The notes beneath the pieces are model-generated. The model was not told the DNA's origin. It saw only the letters and a list, made by a program, of their open reading frames with translations, and made no database searches. 61,875 nt of DNA from a virus (lineage: Duplodnaviria > Caudoviricetes), in the IMG/VR virus record IMGVR_UViG_3300021197_000785, positions 1-61,875 of that record; one strand, written 5' to 3'. Each line of letters starts with the position of its first letter. The first letter of the stretch is position 1. Below, one piece after another: positions 1 through 9,503 of the stretch. A program made the translations under genes and the position numbers.

Positions 1-180
1 ACAACTGCCTTTGCGTGTAAAATGTTTGCCTTGATCTAAGGGCAGACTGTCTAGTTCGTCTGCACATTGTTGCGTTATATCGTCAGGTAAAAAGTTGGGT
101 ATGTTTATCAGTCCATAACTAGGGTGCAGTTGATACTTCAACTTCAGCCTGCTTAGATCAAACTTATCATAGTCTATCAT
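1..180 (-). CDS. Partial CDS (runs off left edge), probable 2OG-Fe(II) oxygenase N-terminus
   Basis: My translation from ATG at 180: MIDYDKFDLSRLKLKYQLHPSYGLINIPNFLPDDITQQCADELDSL...; the IPNFLP motif is typical of the N-terminus of prolyl-hydroxylase-like oxygenases; ATGA overlap with the upstream gene. Confidence 0.5.
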   Translation of the reverse strand, partial: MIDYDKFDLSRLKLKYQLHPSYGLINIPNFLPDDITQQCADELDSLPLDQGKHFTRKGSC

Positions 181-731
181 CTGTGACCTGTAAGTTGTAG
201 GGTGAATCTTTTGTCTAATCCAATGTTTGCTGCTAAGTGCGGTGTGTCGCTTTCCCAAAAGACATAATCGCCTGCACGCCAATCAGTAATAGGAACACCA
301 TCTACTTCGCTGATGTGACCACTACGCCAATCTTCTAAGAATACAACAACACGAACACAGTCCATTAGTCTAACATTAAATAGTTCTCTGTATTTTTTAT
401 ATGTGTCTTTGTGTGTAGGAAGAATAACACCCGTGCCCATGCGGTAGTAACTGGTACCAACATCTGTCACACTGTAAGTATCCTCAAACCATTTGATGAT
501 TTGATCATTCCAAGCGGGTTGCGGCTTGCGCATGTCACATAAAAATCCAGTGTAATGACTTTGAGGATGCACATAACCCTGTCGCTTCCATTTCATCATG
601 TCACTAGGGTTATTAAAACTTTCAAGAGCGTAGTTTAGTTGTGTATAACTTACTTTACTCCAAAAAGGTTCAATGTGACCTTTATGCCAACGTTCGTGTG
701 TTTCCGTAATGGATGACTGTATATCTGTCAT
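177..731 (-). CDS. 2OG-Fe(II)/AspH-like dioxygenase (jelly-roll)
   Basis: HxD (PTHKD) and distal His (TPHLAAN) followed by RFTLQLTG; start uncertain (ATG at 731 preferred over track start 758). Confidence 0.65.
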   Translation of the reverse strand: MTDIQSSITETHERWHKGHIEPFWSKVSYTQLNYALESFNNPSDMMKWKRQGYVHPQSHYTGFLCDMRKPQPAWNDQIIKWFEDTYSVTDVGTSYYRMGTGVILPTHKDTYKKYRELFNVRLMDCVRVVVFLEDWRSGHISEVDGVPITDWRAGDYVFWESDTPHLAANIGLDKRFTLQLTGHR

Positions 732-1905
732 CTTTAAATTTTCTCCAAGGATCAACAACTACACTGCCGTCACTTAGATAGCAGTATAGTGTATCTTCAT
801 AGTTTTGTCTAGTATATTTGTATGTAGTCTCTGCACTATGTCCTAATAATGCTACTGCTTTGAATGGGCCACGTTGGGGATGTGTAAGTGGATCTACTAG
901 TATAGGATAATAACCCATCTCTTCACAGTAATGTGCAACAAGCAAACTATAACTGCCATCTTTGTATGGCACATCCGGCTTGTATGCAACACCGTGAATA
1001 AGCACAGGAAGGTCGTGCTGTTTTGCTTGTGCTACTAAAAATTCTGCTAGGTTCTTAGCCTGTATTTCACGAGCATTCATAATAGCATCGAAAATGTCAT
1101 AACCTAAATCTAGTTCCTGTGCCATGAAACGCAGGGCAATATTGTCACGCGGATGGCAAGCACCGCCATCACCCATCCCAGCAGTCATATACTGTGGTCC
1201 CATGATCCGTTTAGTTGACTCCGCCAGTGCCGTAGTAACCACGTCAACATTGATATTGCCCTGCTTGATTGCGACATCCTGTATCATGTTTGCTAGTGTA
1301 ATCTTTGTACTAATAAACGTGTTATAAAACACTTTGATACACTCGCACTCGTCCCAGGTACCAACTACATACCGGGGATCATTCTCAATAACAGTTTTGT
1401 ATAGGTCGATTAGTTCTCGTGCATCACCTGTATCACTACCATCTTTAGTGCCGATCATAACCATTTCAGGATTTCTAAAGTCCCATGCAACACTGCCCAT
1501 GGCAATCAAATATGGATTGTATACAAAACGGGTACATGTAACAAGTGGTTCTAACTCTCTGCGCACTGTGCCGGGTAACACTGTGCTAATAAGCACAAGC
1601 ATTTGTGATGGATACATACAAGCATTTGCCTCTATTAGCACATCCTTTACAATATTGTAACTAAAATCTTTTGGATCCAGGTGTGCAGTAGGTGATCTTC
1701 CATCATACGCAGAATCATGTGGAGTAGGGACAGCAACAAATACAATTTGTGCGTCCTTTACTGTAGTTTCTATAGTGGGCATTATTTCTACAAAATTGCT
1801 TTTTACTTTTGCAACATCATAACCTGTAACTTTATGTCCTACCTTAGCAAGTTCCTCAGCACAGGGCATACCTAGTTTGCCGCATCCTATAAATGCTATG
1901 TTCAT
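682..1905 (-). CDS. ugd: UDP-glucose/GDP-mannose dehydrogenase family protein
   Basis: Rossmann GCGKLG, VAVPTP, STVLPG, KVFYNTF (catalytic Lys), GGACHPRD (catalytic Cys), GVAYKPDV. Confidence 0.9.
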   Translation of the reverse strand: MNIAFIGCGKLGMPCAEELAKVGHKVTGYDVAKVKSNFVEIMPTIETTVKDAQIVFVAVPTPHDSAYDGRSPTAHLDPKDFSYNIVKDVLIEANACMYPSQMLVLISTVLPGTVRRELEPLVTCTRFVYNPYLIAMGSVAWDFRNPEMVMIGTKDGSDTGDARELIDLYKTVIENDPRYVVGTWDECECIKVFYNTFISTKITLANMIQDVAIKQGNINVDVVTTALAESTKRIMGPQYMTAGMGDGGACHPRDNIALRFMAQELDLGYDIFDAIMNAREIQAKNLAEFLVAQAKQHDLPVLIHGVAYKPDVPYKDGSYSLLVAHYCEEMGYYPILVDPLTHPQRGPFKAVALLGHSAETTYKYTRQNYEDTLYCYLSDGSVVVDPWRKFKDDRYTVIHYGNTRTLA

Positions 1906-2837
1906 TTATTATACCATTTGTATGCAGTACTGATAATACTGTCTAAATCGTGTTTGGGTTTCCAACCTAGGATTGTATTTGCTGCGTGTGTATCTGCGAT
2001 TAATGTGCTTGGATCACCTGCACGAGGATCTCCGTATTTTAAATTTACTGTAAGTGGTGTTACGCGATTGATACTATCCACAATTTCAAGATTACTGTAG
2101 CCTCTTTCGCCACCTAGGTTGAATGTATGGGCACCACTAGTTGTACCTAGCAGTTCAATACTATTTAGTATACCCTGCGCAACGTCCTCGACATGTACAT
2201 AATCACGCACACATGTACCATCATCAGTGTCGAACTCTTTGCCAAATAGTGTAAAGTCTTTGCCAGCCATGGTAAGTTCAATTGCTTTTGCAATGATGTG
2301 TGTAGCATCTGGTTCTTGTCCCATCTCACAGTCTGAGTCTGCACCAGCAACATTAAAGAAACGTAAACTAACACTGTTTAAATTATATGCAGTATAGTAG
2401 TCCTGCAATACAATTTCTATCATCTTCTTGCTCCAGCCATATGGCGAACAAGGCTGTGCATACATGTTTTCATGGCACACATCCTCACTTGGTTCACCAT
2501 AAACTCCTGCACTGCTTGCAAATACAAATGTACGCATGTCTGCCTCAACACAGTTGGTTAACAAGTCCAATGTATTACCAACATTGTTTTGATAATATAA
2601 GTCGGGATTCATTACACTTGGTCCAACTAGACTTGTTGCTGCCGCATGAACAACAGCATCAATGCCTCGTAACATGCCAACAGGTATTCGTGCGTAGGAG
2701 TTTATTTCCTTTTGATGATAGTAGTTGTGTTTTGGAACACTGTGATCATTTGCAATAACCTGATGTCCTTGCTGTGTAAGCAGTTTACATACTTGACCAC
2801 CGATATACCCGCTTGCGCCTGTTACTAATACTCTCAT
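1902..2837 (-). CDS. galE: UDP-glucose 4-epimerase-like extended SDR
   Basis: TGASGYIG, SSAGVYG, YGWSK (YxxxK), LRFFNVAGA, DGTCVRDYVHVED, RAGDP. Confidence 0.9.
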   Translation of the reverse strand: MRVLVTGASGYIGGQVCKLLTQQGHQVIANDHSVPKHNYYHQKEINSYARIPVGMLRGIDAVVHAAATSLVGPSVMNPDLYYQNNVGNTLDLLTNCVEADMRTFVFASSAGVYGEPSEDVCHENMYAQPCSPYGWSKKMIEIVLQDYYTAYNLNSVSLRFFNVAGADSDCEMGQEPDATHIIAKAIELTMAGKDFTLFGKEFDTDDGTCVRDYVHVEDVAQGILNSIELLGTTSGAHTFNLGGERGYSNLEIVDSINRVTPLTVNLKYGDPRAGDPSTLIADTHAANTILGWKPKHDLDSIISTAYKWYNK

Positions 2838-4012
2838 TAGTACTTGCTTTCTGCTACATGGTCACGATACCTATTGCCGCTACGCAACCACTGTTCGCCA
2901 TTGCCCTGCATAATATCAAGCATGCGATCAATTGTTCCATCAGTCCAGTCGCTTATCTTACCCATGCGCGGACTTGGATTATCCAAGTGTGCAATGATCA
3001 TATCCACAGCACTTTCAATGCTCCATGGTGTATAAAGCCTAGTATGATCGTTAGCAAAAGTTTCCGGGAAACTACGATACGCAGGATACACAACATTACA
3101 ACCTAGTGCATCTGCTTCACTTACAGTGTTACTAACCCAATCCTGTAGCGCACAGTTAAACAATACTCTACTGTCATTAACAATGTTGTAGTAATCATTC
3201 TTTTGCAAGTCTTTGTATACTACAAGATCGCCTGTGTATTGTAAACGTTCTGCACGTTCCAAATACACAGCATTATTACTGCGTAGTGGTCCGCCACTTA
3301 GTACTGCAAATTCACAGTTAGGACGTACCTGTCTTACCATGGTAGCAACATCCATAAAGAAATTAGGCTGTTTCTCTTGGTCAAATCGTGCAGCAAATAC
3401 TACACGCTCTGCACGTTCACTAAATGGTTTAATGTTGTTATCAACACGCTCTTGCACTTCTTCTTTGCCAAAACTAAGACCGCTAATATTATAGATAGGA
3501 GCACTCCAGTTTGCAATACGCATGTGTGCAACCATTTCTTCATTGGTTGCTAGGATGTGTACATTTGGAATCTCGTTGCACATCTGTTCATACAAACTCA
3601 TCCACTTGCTCATACCCCATACATGCACAAAGTCATCTGGATCTACTGCTTGTGCTAAACAACGCAAGTATATTGTAGGGCGTTGTTCCTCTGGAATCTG
3701 ACACATAATATATGGCAAACTTTCAATACCAGGTTGAAACATGTCCTCAAAGAACACTGCATCTTCACCTGTACATTCACCATTGCGCATCATCTGCACA
3801 AGATTCATAAGTTGACTCATACCAAAATAACTGCGTCCATGTGCATCAAGCACTTGTCCTACACTAATACTTTTAGTATTGTCAATAGTTGTGCCTGGTA
3901 CAACAACATAATCTATACCACGTTTTCTGAAAGCACGTTCACTCCAGTCTTGCAACTGAAGTGTGTAACGTCCTTCATAGGGCTCAAGTCCCATATAGAA
4001 AAGTTTACGCAT
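2837..4012 (-). CDS. GT-B fold (GT4-like) glycosyltransferase
   Basis: C-terminal nucleotide-sugar domain VVFAARFDQEKQP ... SNTVSEADALGCNVVYP...SFPE. Confidence 0.75.
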   Translation of the reverse strand: MRKLFYMGLEPYEGRYTLQLQDWSERAFRKRGIDYVVVPGTTIDNTKSISVGQVLDAHGRSYFGMSQLMNLVQMMRNGECTGEDAVFFEDMFQPGIESLPYIMCQIPEEQRPTIYLRCLAQAVDPDDFVHVWGMSKWMSLYEQMCNEIPNVHILATNEEMVAHMRIANWSAPIYNISGLSFGKEEVQERVDNNIKPFSERAERVVFAARFDQEKQPNFFMDVATMVRQVRPNCEFAVLSGGPLRSNNAVYLERAERLQYTGDLVVYKDLQKNDYYNIVNDSRVLFNCALQDWVSNTVSEADALGCNVVYPAYRSFPETFANDHTRLYTPWSIESAVDMIIAHLDNPSPRMGKISDWTDGTIDRMLDIMQGNGEQWLRSGNRYRDHVAESKY

Positions 4013-4014
4013 TA

Positions 4015-4281
4015 TTAATTTCTCCGACCGCTTTGGAACTTTCCGCCGCTTTTAAAGTTATTATCATTATACTGGCTTAATCTAAACTTTGCATCACGCA
4101 TCCAGTTTTTAGGAATACGAGTACCATTCTTAAAACGTAGATACTCTGCATAGCCCGGAGCATCTTCCCTATATAAATCTGCTTCATCATATGCCCAACC
4201 GAACTCTTTGCAGAAACGCAAATAGTCATCTAGGTCATTAAATACTTTAATAATTTCATTACTCATTGGTTTTCCAGCCAC
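4015..4281 (-). CDS. Hypothetical protein
   Basis: 88-aa ORF in operon with GGGAG Shine-Dalgarno upstream. Confidence 0.7.
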   Translation of the reverse strand: MAGKPMSNEIIKVFNDLDDYLRFCKEFGWAYDEADLYREDAPGYAEYLRFKNGTRIPKNWMRDAKFRLSQYNDNNFKSGGKFQSGRRN

Positions 4282-4293
4282 AATAGTTCTCCC

Positions 4294-4740
4294 TTAGGCT
4301 TTTGGAAAGGTGACAACACAACCGTTCTCACCATCTTCGCTCACTTCAATGTGAACTTCTCTGTTTGATCCGTACTTCTTACGGATCTCTAAAAACATGT
4401 CGTCTGCAATCATTTCACAAGACTTATAGTCCAGTGTCATTACGTTTTCACTAAACAATCGTTGCAGCCAACGACTAAATTGTATGAACTCTACTTCACG
4501 ATCATCATGGAATACTTCAATGCTTACACGGAAGTGAAACATGTGGCGATGTGGGTATCCTAAAAATGACACATCATCCCAATCGCCTGTTGCTAGTTTG
4601 GGATCATCCAGTGCAGCAGGATACTTGTGAATACCCTCTTTCTGAAACGTAACCCAGATCATACGCTTGCTTTTGTGTAGTTGCTGACGCATTGCATCTT
4701 CACGCATTGCATCCAACATCATATTATCCATTTCTGCCAT
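4294..4740 (-). CDS. queD: QueD/6-pyruvoyl-tetrahydropterin synthase-like (T-fold) protein
   Basis: Zn-ligand-like His set (GIH...HRHMFHF), DREVEFI, SCEMIA and C-terminal VSEDGENG resembling the PTPS/QueD VxE motif; start placed at ATG 4740. Confidence 0.65.
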   Translation of the reverse strand: MAEMDNMMLDAMREDAMRQQLHKSKRMIWVTFQKEGIHKYPAALDDPKLATGDWDDVSFLGYPHRHMFHFRVSIEVFHDDREVEFIQFSRWLQRLFSENVMTLDYKSCEMIADDMFLEIRKKYGSNREVHIEVSEDGENGCVVTFPKA

Positions 4741-4742
4741 TC

Positions 4743-5507
4743 TTAATGTTCCTGTTTCCAAAAGTGTGCATAGTAGCCTTTGCCGTTGGTATCGCCACCA
4801 TAATTGTCTACGTCAACACCATCATACTCTACACCGTATACGAGATCCTCACCGTCGGGTGCTTCCTCTGTAGCAAATTTTAACAGATTTTGATTAAAAG
4901 GTAAAGCAGTTTCTATGATAGACTCAAAGAAAGTTCCTTTCTCGTGGCTTTGAAATTGACAAATGTGTTGTCCTTTTTCTGGATACACATTACCATATTC
5001 GTGACCTTCAACATACCCATCATATTCCCAATCGCTTTCTTCTCCAACACGAGATAGAAATTCATTTAGGTCTTCGTGTTCGATAGTTTCTTCCAAGACA
5101 TCTGCATTGTATTCTTCACTGCTGACTTTTTCTACAGTAAGATATGCAGCATCCTGTGCAATGCTATATGTTGCTTCAAACTGATCTAGTGGCTCATAGT
5201 AAGTGCTACCAACACCATCTTCTGGATCGTGCATAAACAGTGCTTCTCGAGGAATAGTTGCAGGATCTATATCATCATAATCTTCTTGCTGTGCAATATC
5301 ATCTGCATGAATATCTTCAGCATTGATAATATAATTCACAACATCACTGTCGCCATGTTCTTCGCCATGTGCTTTCCAGAAGTCATATGCTTGTTTACTA
5401 ATTTTCATGTAACTAGTTTCTGCACCATAACCCCAGAGACGGATACGATAAAAGTGAGGGCCTTTGAAAGCCTCGATTAATTTTTCTTTTTCTTTAGTTG
5501 TAGCCAT
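4743..5507 (-). CDS. Acidic hypothetical protein
   Basis: 254-aa ORF with GAGGT SD and its own sigma70-like promoter. Confidence 0.75.
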   Translation of the reverse strand: MATTKEKEKLIEAFKGPHFYRIRLWGYGAETSYMKISKQAYDFWKAHGEEHGDSDVVNYIINAEDIHADDIAQQEDYDDIDPATIPREALFMHDPEDGVGSTYYEPLDQFEATYSIAQDAAYLTVEKVSSEEYNADVLEETIEHEDLNEFLSRVGEESDWEYDGYVEGHEYGNVYPEKGQHICQFQSHEKGTFFESIIETALPFNQNLLKFATEEAPDGEDLVYGVEYDGVDVDNYGGDTNGKGYYAHFWKQEH

Positions 5508-5544
5508 CTTGCTACCTCATATGTTGTTAACGGATAATATACTA

Positions 5545-5572
5545 ATAATAACACATTCGCTGGATGTGTCAA
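5545..5572 (-). promoter_or_regulatory. Sigma70-like early promoter TTGACA-N16-TATTAT (extended TG)
   Basis: Minus strand GGTTGACAcatccagcgaatgtgtTATTAT upstream of 5507. Confidence 0.6.
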
Positions 5573-7068
5573 CCTACTTCTTCAAACAAACTAAAGAACT
5601 GTGTGCTACTGTTGACAGTCTTTTTACCTACATACCCTCGTGTACCAGTAACTCTCATCCATAGTTTTTCATATTGGTTAATCATGTTTATCTGTGCATC
5701 ATAACTATCCAATGCAAATATTTCTGCAATAACATCCTTTACCAGTGTCTCAGTAAATCTATTGTCTGCTAGTTGCCAAGGATATATACCTTCATCAAAT
5801 ACACGATTACCTTCTTGTACACTGCGCAGGTGCTGATAACAACTATGATTCATTAGCAACATGTAACTAAAACTGTCCCAACTTGTTTTGCTTATTTCGC
5901 CTACTTTGTTTTTACAAGTTGGACTATAGGTACAAATATCTTTTACAGTCATCATTTCTGAAAGTGGACTTGGCATCCAGTTTTCATACAACTTGTGACA
6001 GTAATCATCATAGGGAGTAGTGTCTGCATGTAGCGCACGATTGTCTGGAGCAGGCTCCATTAAATAACTCCACTTTCCCTCATGCTCTAAACGATAACCA
6101 CTGTACTGTGTGCCATTACTAACAGCAAGGAAAGGACTTGCACAATCAAATGTTATTGTAAAGTCGGGATTGTGTGCTTTACGAACACCGCGTTGTATAG
6201 CAGTAAGCACCATTGCCCATTCAAGTTTACTTGTACCAAGGAAGTGCATTACATCATGCTTGCCCTGTTCAAGTAGACCATCACGCATCATTGTACACAC
6301 ACGTTTAAGTGAAAGATGAATGTCTGCACAATACTGACCGCCCATGGCCCAGCCATTAAAGTGATTGTCTGGATACAGAACTGGATCACAGTAGCCTTTC
6401 ATTTGGTCATACCAGTCATCTGCTTGTGCAAAGTTTTCACCTTGCAGTACGTTTAAGAACTTACAAGCACCTGTTCTATGCTTCATCCAATATTCATTAT
6501 TGATATTTGTTGCTGCTACTGCTTCTTCATATGTACTAACGCCACTTGCTTTTGCGCCCTCTGGAGACCGTGCAACCCATGCTGGTATATCAAGTATCAT
6601 TCCGTAATCCATGTAAGCATCCATCCAACGAAGAACACCATCACGTTTCTTTTGTGCCATGGGACAATTAGGATCTTTCCAATCGCCTTCCCATACACCT
6701 TTACCAATCTGATACCCACCACTGTCGCCTAATAACCAACTTGTTTCTCTGTTGCGTACACGATACATATCTTCTCTGTACTGGTCTTTTTCAAGATCCA
6801 AACTAGCATGTCCTGCACTGTGCAAACTCCATTTATACTGCCACAGACCTTCTGGTGCAAGCCAGTTTAAACTTTCTACTCCATGTTGCAGTCCTTGCGG
6901 AATTCTAGTAGGATCCACATATGGCTTGCCACTGCCCTTGAGAGTTTCGTCATGTTCTAGTAATCCTCTGCGCTGTCTGCCTACAAATAGTGCATAGAAT
7001 GTACTAAGTGCTGGCAGGAATACTGCATAGTCACTTTGTAGTTCGGTTAGATTAGTTGGTAATGTCAT
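5569..7068 (-). CDS. dpdA: tRNA-guanine transglycosylase-like protein, probable DNA 7-deazaguanine insertase (DpdA-like)
   Basis: TGT TIM-barrel motifs in order: LGDSGGYQ, MILDIP, NVLQG, GWAMGG, HFLG, TFDCASP; no canonical CxCxxC Zn site; QueD-like gene nearby. Confidence 0.7.
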   Translation of the reverse strand: MTLPTNLTELQSDYAVFLPALSTFYALFVGRQRRGLLEHDETLKGSGKPYVDPTRIPQGLQHGVESLNWLAPEGLWQYKWSLHSAGHASLDLEKDQYREDMYRVRNRETSWLLGDSGGYQIGKGVWEGDWKDPNCPMAQKKRDGVLRWMDAYMDYGMILDIPAWVARSPEGAKASGVSTYEEAVAATNINNEYWMKHRTGACKFLNVLQGENFAQADDWYDQMKGYCDPVLYPDNHFNGWAMGGQYCADIHLSLKRVCTMMRDGLLEQGKHDVMHFLGTSKLEWAMVLTAIQRGVRKAHNPDFTITFDCASPFLAVSNGTQYSGYRLEHEGKWSYLMEPAPDNRALHADTTPYDDYCHKLYENWMPSPLSEMMTVKDICTYSPTCKNKVGEISKTSWDSFSYMLLMNHSCYQHLRSVQEGNRVFDEGIYPWQLADNRFTETLVKDVIAEIFALDSYDAQINMINQYEKLWMRVTGTRGYVGKKTVNSSTQFFSLFEEVG

Positions 7069-7751
7069 GTTTTAAACTTTTGTAATGTGTTATATAATTC
7101 AAAATCTTGTGAATGTGCATTTTTTAAAATGTCGTAGTAATCTTTGTTTTCTTTTATTATAGCACGAAGTTTATTGTAAATTGCAATTTTATCTGTTGAA
7201 TTTTCTGCAGGGTTTGTGGGCTCTTGCCAGTGCTGGAATTCACTTGTGCCTCCAGTGCTTCTAATATATTCAGTTAAATGTCTGTAAAATCTATTGGGAT
7301 CTGAGATTGCATTGTCTATGTTTCTAGACTGTATATTGATATATGACACATTTTGTGCAGCGCCAATAAATCTGTGTTGATATTCTGTGTGATTGTCAAA
7401 CACAGGATTTAGTCTTATAGTGTGCCAAAATGCATCATTGTCAAGCAATTCTAATATATCTTTGTTTGGCGTGTCAAACTCAGCACCGCCCATGTGTGAA
7501 TTGTCACTCATACACTGTGCAAATCCGCTGATCCATCTTTCTATAGGATCTCTCAGCACAACTATTTTTTTAATAGTATGTGCCGTGAGAATACCATCTA
7601 CTAGATCATCTGTATGACACATTGTCCAGCCATTGACATCTAATACCTTTTGTACAAAACTACTTGCATTTTTTGGTATGTTAATCCAGGCATGTTTTAG
7701 ATCTGGACTTACCATTACTGCATAAGAGCTTGGACGAAAGAAGTCAGCCAT
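7065..7751 (-). CDS. Sulfotransferase family protein
   Basis: 5'-PSB-like NIPKNASS and 3'-PB-like LRDPIERWISG. Confidence 0.65.
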   Translation of the reverse strand: MADFFRPSSYAVMVSPDLKHAWINIPKNASSFVQKVLDVNGWTMCHTDDLVDGILTAHTIKKIVVLRDPIERWISGFAQCMSDNSHMGGAEFDTPNKDILELLDNDAFWHTIRLNPVFDNHTEYQHRFIGAAQNVSYINIQSRNIDNAISDPNRFYRHLTEYIRSTGGTSEFQHWQEPTNPAENSTDKIAIYNKLRAIIKENKDYYDILKNAHSQDFELYNTLQKFKT

Positions 7752-8482
7752 TATTTACTCTGTGCTGGTAACAAGTAACGATACTCTGCAAGTCCACTGT
7801 CAACAACAATCTCAGCAACACCATCGTCACTAAACTTGAAAGTTGTATCACCACCAAGACTTAGAATCTTACTTACTTGTTCAACGGGCCATGCCCATCC
7901 GCGTGTTGCCTCACCTGCAACGTCATGTTGGAATACAAAGTTACCAGCATGTGTGCTATGATCACCAAAGTAAAACTTAAGGTTGCCATCTTCTGTCTTA
8001 GCAATAAATGTAGTTTCTTCACTGTTAGCACTGATCATAAACTTGAAACGCTGAATGCTTGCTACTGTAGGCTGAAATTCAATACCCCAGTTTACATCAC
8101 GCATCTTTACTGTTTTAAGTTTTTCGTTAATGATCTCACTTGCCATAAAGCGATAATCGTTTTTAAAGTCACCACCAGCATTTTCAAATGCAATACCAAC
8201 TGGTACACTTTCACCATTACGATCTTGTTTATTGATGCTTATTTTAGCGTCCTCTGCATACTCTGGAATACGCAGGATAACACCAAGTTTGTCCAAGTTA
8301 GGCATACCAAATGTTCCCATAAAGTCTGCTACTGGTGTCTTAGTTGTGGCTTGTAGAATAACACTACGGTCTTCTGCAAGTCCTTCAAATGTTGTGGTTT
8401 TGTCTGTGCCTGTTACTTTAACAAGACTAATGAAGCCAAGCGAATGTGTATGCTTGACTATGTCGAGTAGATAATCTTTCAT
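7751..8482 (-). CDS. DNA polymerase sliding clamp (gp45/PCNA-like)
   Basis: 243 aa, alternating beta/alpha pattern ending in VVDSGLAEYRYLLPA as in clamp C-termini; near PolB. Confidence 0.65.
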   Translation of the reverse strand: MKDYLLDIVKHTHSLGFISLVKVTGTDKTTTFEGLAEDRSVILQATTKTPVADFMGTFGMPNLDKLGVILRIPEYAEDAKISINKQDRNGESVPVGIAFENAGGDFKNDYRFMASEIINEKLKTVKMRDVNWGIEFQPTVASIQRFKFMISANSEETTFIAKTEDGNLKFYFGDHSTHAGNFVFQHDVAGEATRGWAWPVEQVSKILSLGGDTTFKFSDDGVAEIVVDSGLAEYRYLLPAQSK

Positions 8483-8514
8483 CGAAATGTCCTTATGTTT
8501 ATAATAATAGTAGT

Positions 8515-8543
8515 ATTATATTTAGGTTTTGGGGGAATGTCAA
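8515..8543 (-). promoter_or_regulatory. Perfect sigma70 promoter TTGACA-N17-TATAAT
   Basis: Minus strand TTGACAttcccccaaaacctaaaTATAAT upstream of the clamp gene. Confidence 0.85.
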
Positions 8544-8549
8544 TATAAA

Positions 8550-9470
8550 TTATTGCTGTTCGCGTACAATTCTAATACGCGGTGTGTCAGTTTTTTGTGT
8601 GCTGCGCTTACCAGGTTTTTTAACTATCATCCAACTATGTGCATTATCATTACACGCACATTCTTTTTCTATATCAAAACCCATGCTTTGTGCCATTTTG
8701 CCCATTAGTTCTCGTGTTTGGTATGCGCGATAATCATTACCACACAAGTCTAATCCGTGTTCATGCTCACAATCATTGTAAGTAAAGATAAAAATCCCAC
8801 CTGGACGTAGTAGTTCAAATACTTTTTGCATTTCATCTTTAATAGGATCCATGGGCCAAAACTCATAACAACCAATGCTTACTGCTAAACCAATTTGTCC
8901 CTGAGGAAGATCACCTAGGTTATTATAGTACATCAAACGTTTTTCAATATAAAACGGATTAAACTTAGACGCAATGCTATCTTCATCAATAACATTGCCT
9001 GTATACGCATATAAAATATCACAGCCAAGCATTACTCTTGTAAACTTACCAATACTTGGATTAAGTTCCACACCAGCATATTGCCATTCATTGTATTTGC
9101 CTATATCTTTTGATATTTCTGTTAAAAACTCAGGGGCATAATGACTTGCTCTTTCCTCCATTGTCTCCAACGTGGGTTCGCTAAGTGCAAACTTATCATA
9201 GTCGCGCTTTAATACTACAAGTTCCTGTTCTCTTAGTAGTTCTCTTGTTTTAGCATTAATTTTATCAAGGGCTACATTGTAGTTTTCTGCCCAATAAACT
9301 ATTTGTGCTTGGGCATGGTCAATTTCTTGGTGTAGAGATTTATCTTTCCATAACTCTGCTTGTTCTTTCCAATAGTCTTTTCTAGGTCTAATCTCTTCGC
9401 GCATGTTAAACTTGCCACCATTGTTCTTTAAAAATTTTGTGAACAAGATTAATTTATCTACAAGTTTCAT
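8550..9470 (-). CDS. Coiled-coil plus degenerate class I SAM-methyltransferase-like protein
   Basis: C-terminal VFELLRPGGIFIFTY (class I MTase motif); motif I degenerate (ELNPSIG); TATAAATA upstream. Confidence 0.5.
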   Translation of the reverse strand: MKLVDKLILFTKFLKNNGGKFNMREEIRPRKDYWKEQAELWKDKSLHQEIDHAQAQIVYWAENYNVALDKINAKTRELLREQELVVLKRDYDKFALSEPTLETMEERASHYAPEFLTEISKDIGKYNEWQYAGVELNPSIGKFTRVMLGCDILYAYTGNVIDEDSIASKFNPFYIEKRLMYYNNLGDLPQGQIGLAVSIGCYEFWPMDPIKDEMQKVFELLRPGGIFIFTYNDCEHEHGLDLCGNDYRAYQTRELMGKMAQSMGFDIEKECACNDNAHSWMIVKKPGKRSTQKTDTPRIRIVREQQ

Positions 9471-9487
9471 TGACTTTACCTCTACTG

Positions 9488-9495
9488 TATTTATA
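9488..9495 (-). promoter_or_regulatory. T4-type late promoter TATAAATA
   Basis: Exact T4 late consensus 17 nt upstream of the ATG at 9470, SD GAGGT between. Confidence 0.6.
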
Positions 9496-9503
9496 TGCGT
9501 ATA

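Noticed and set aside
5569-7068. Calling the TGT-like gene a canonical tRNA-modifying tgt
   Set aside because: It lacks the CxCxxC Zn motif of bacterial TGT, has HFLG in place of YLMG, is longer, and sits with replication genes, so a DNA-acting DpdA-like role is preferred though unproven.
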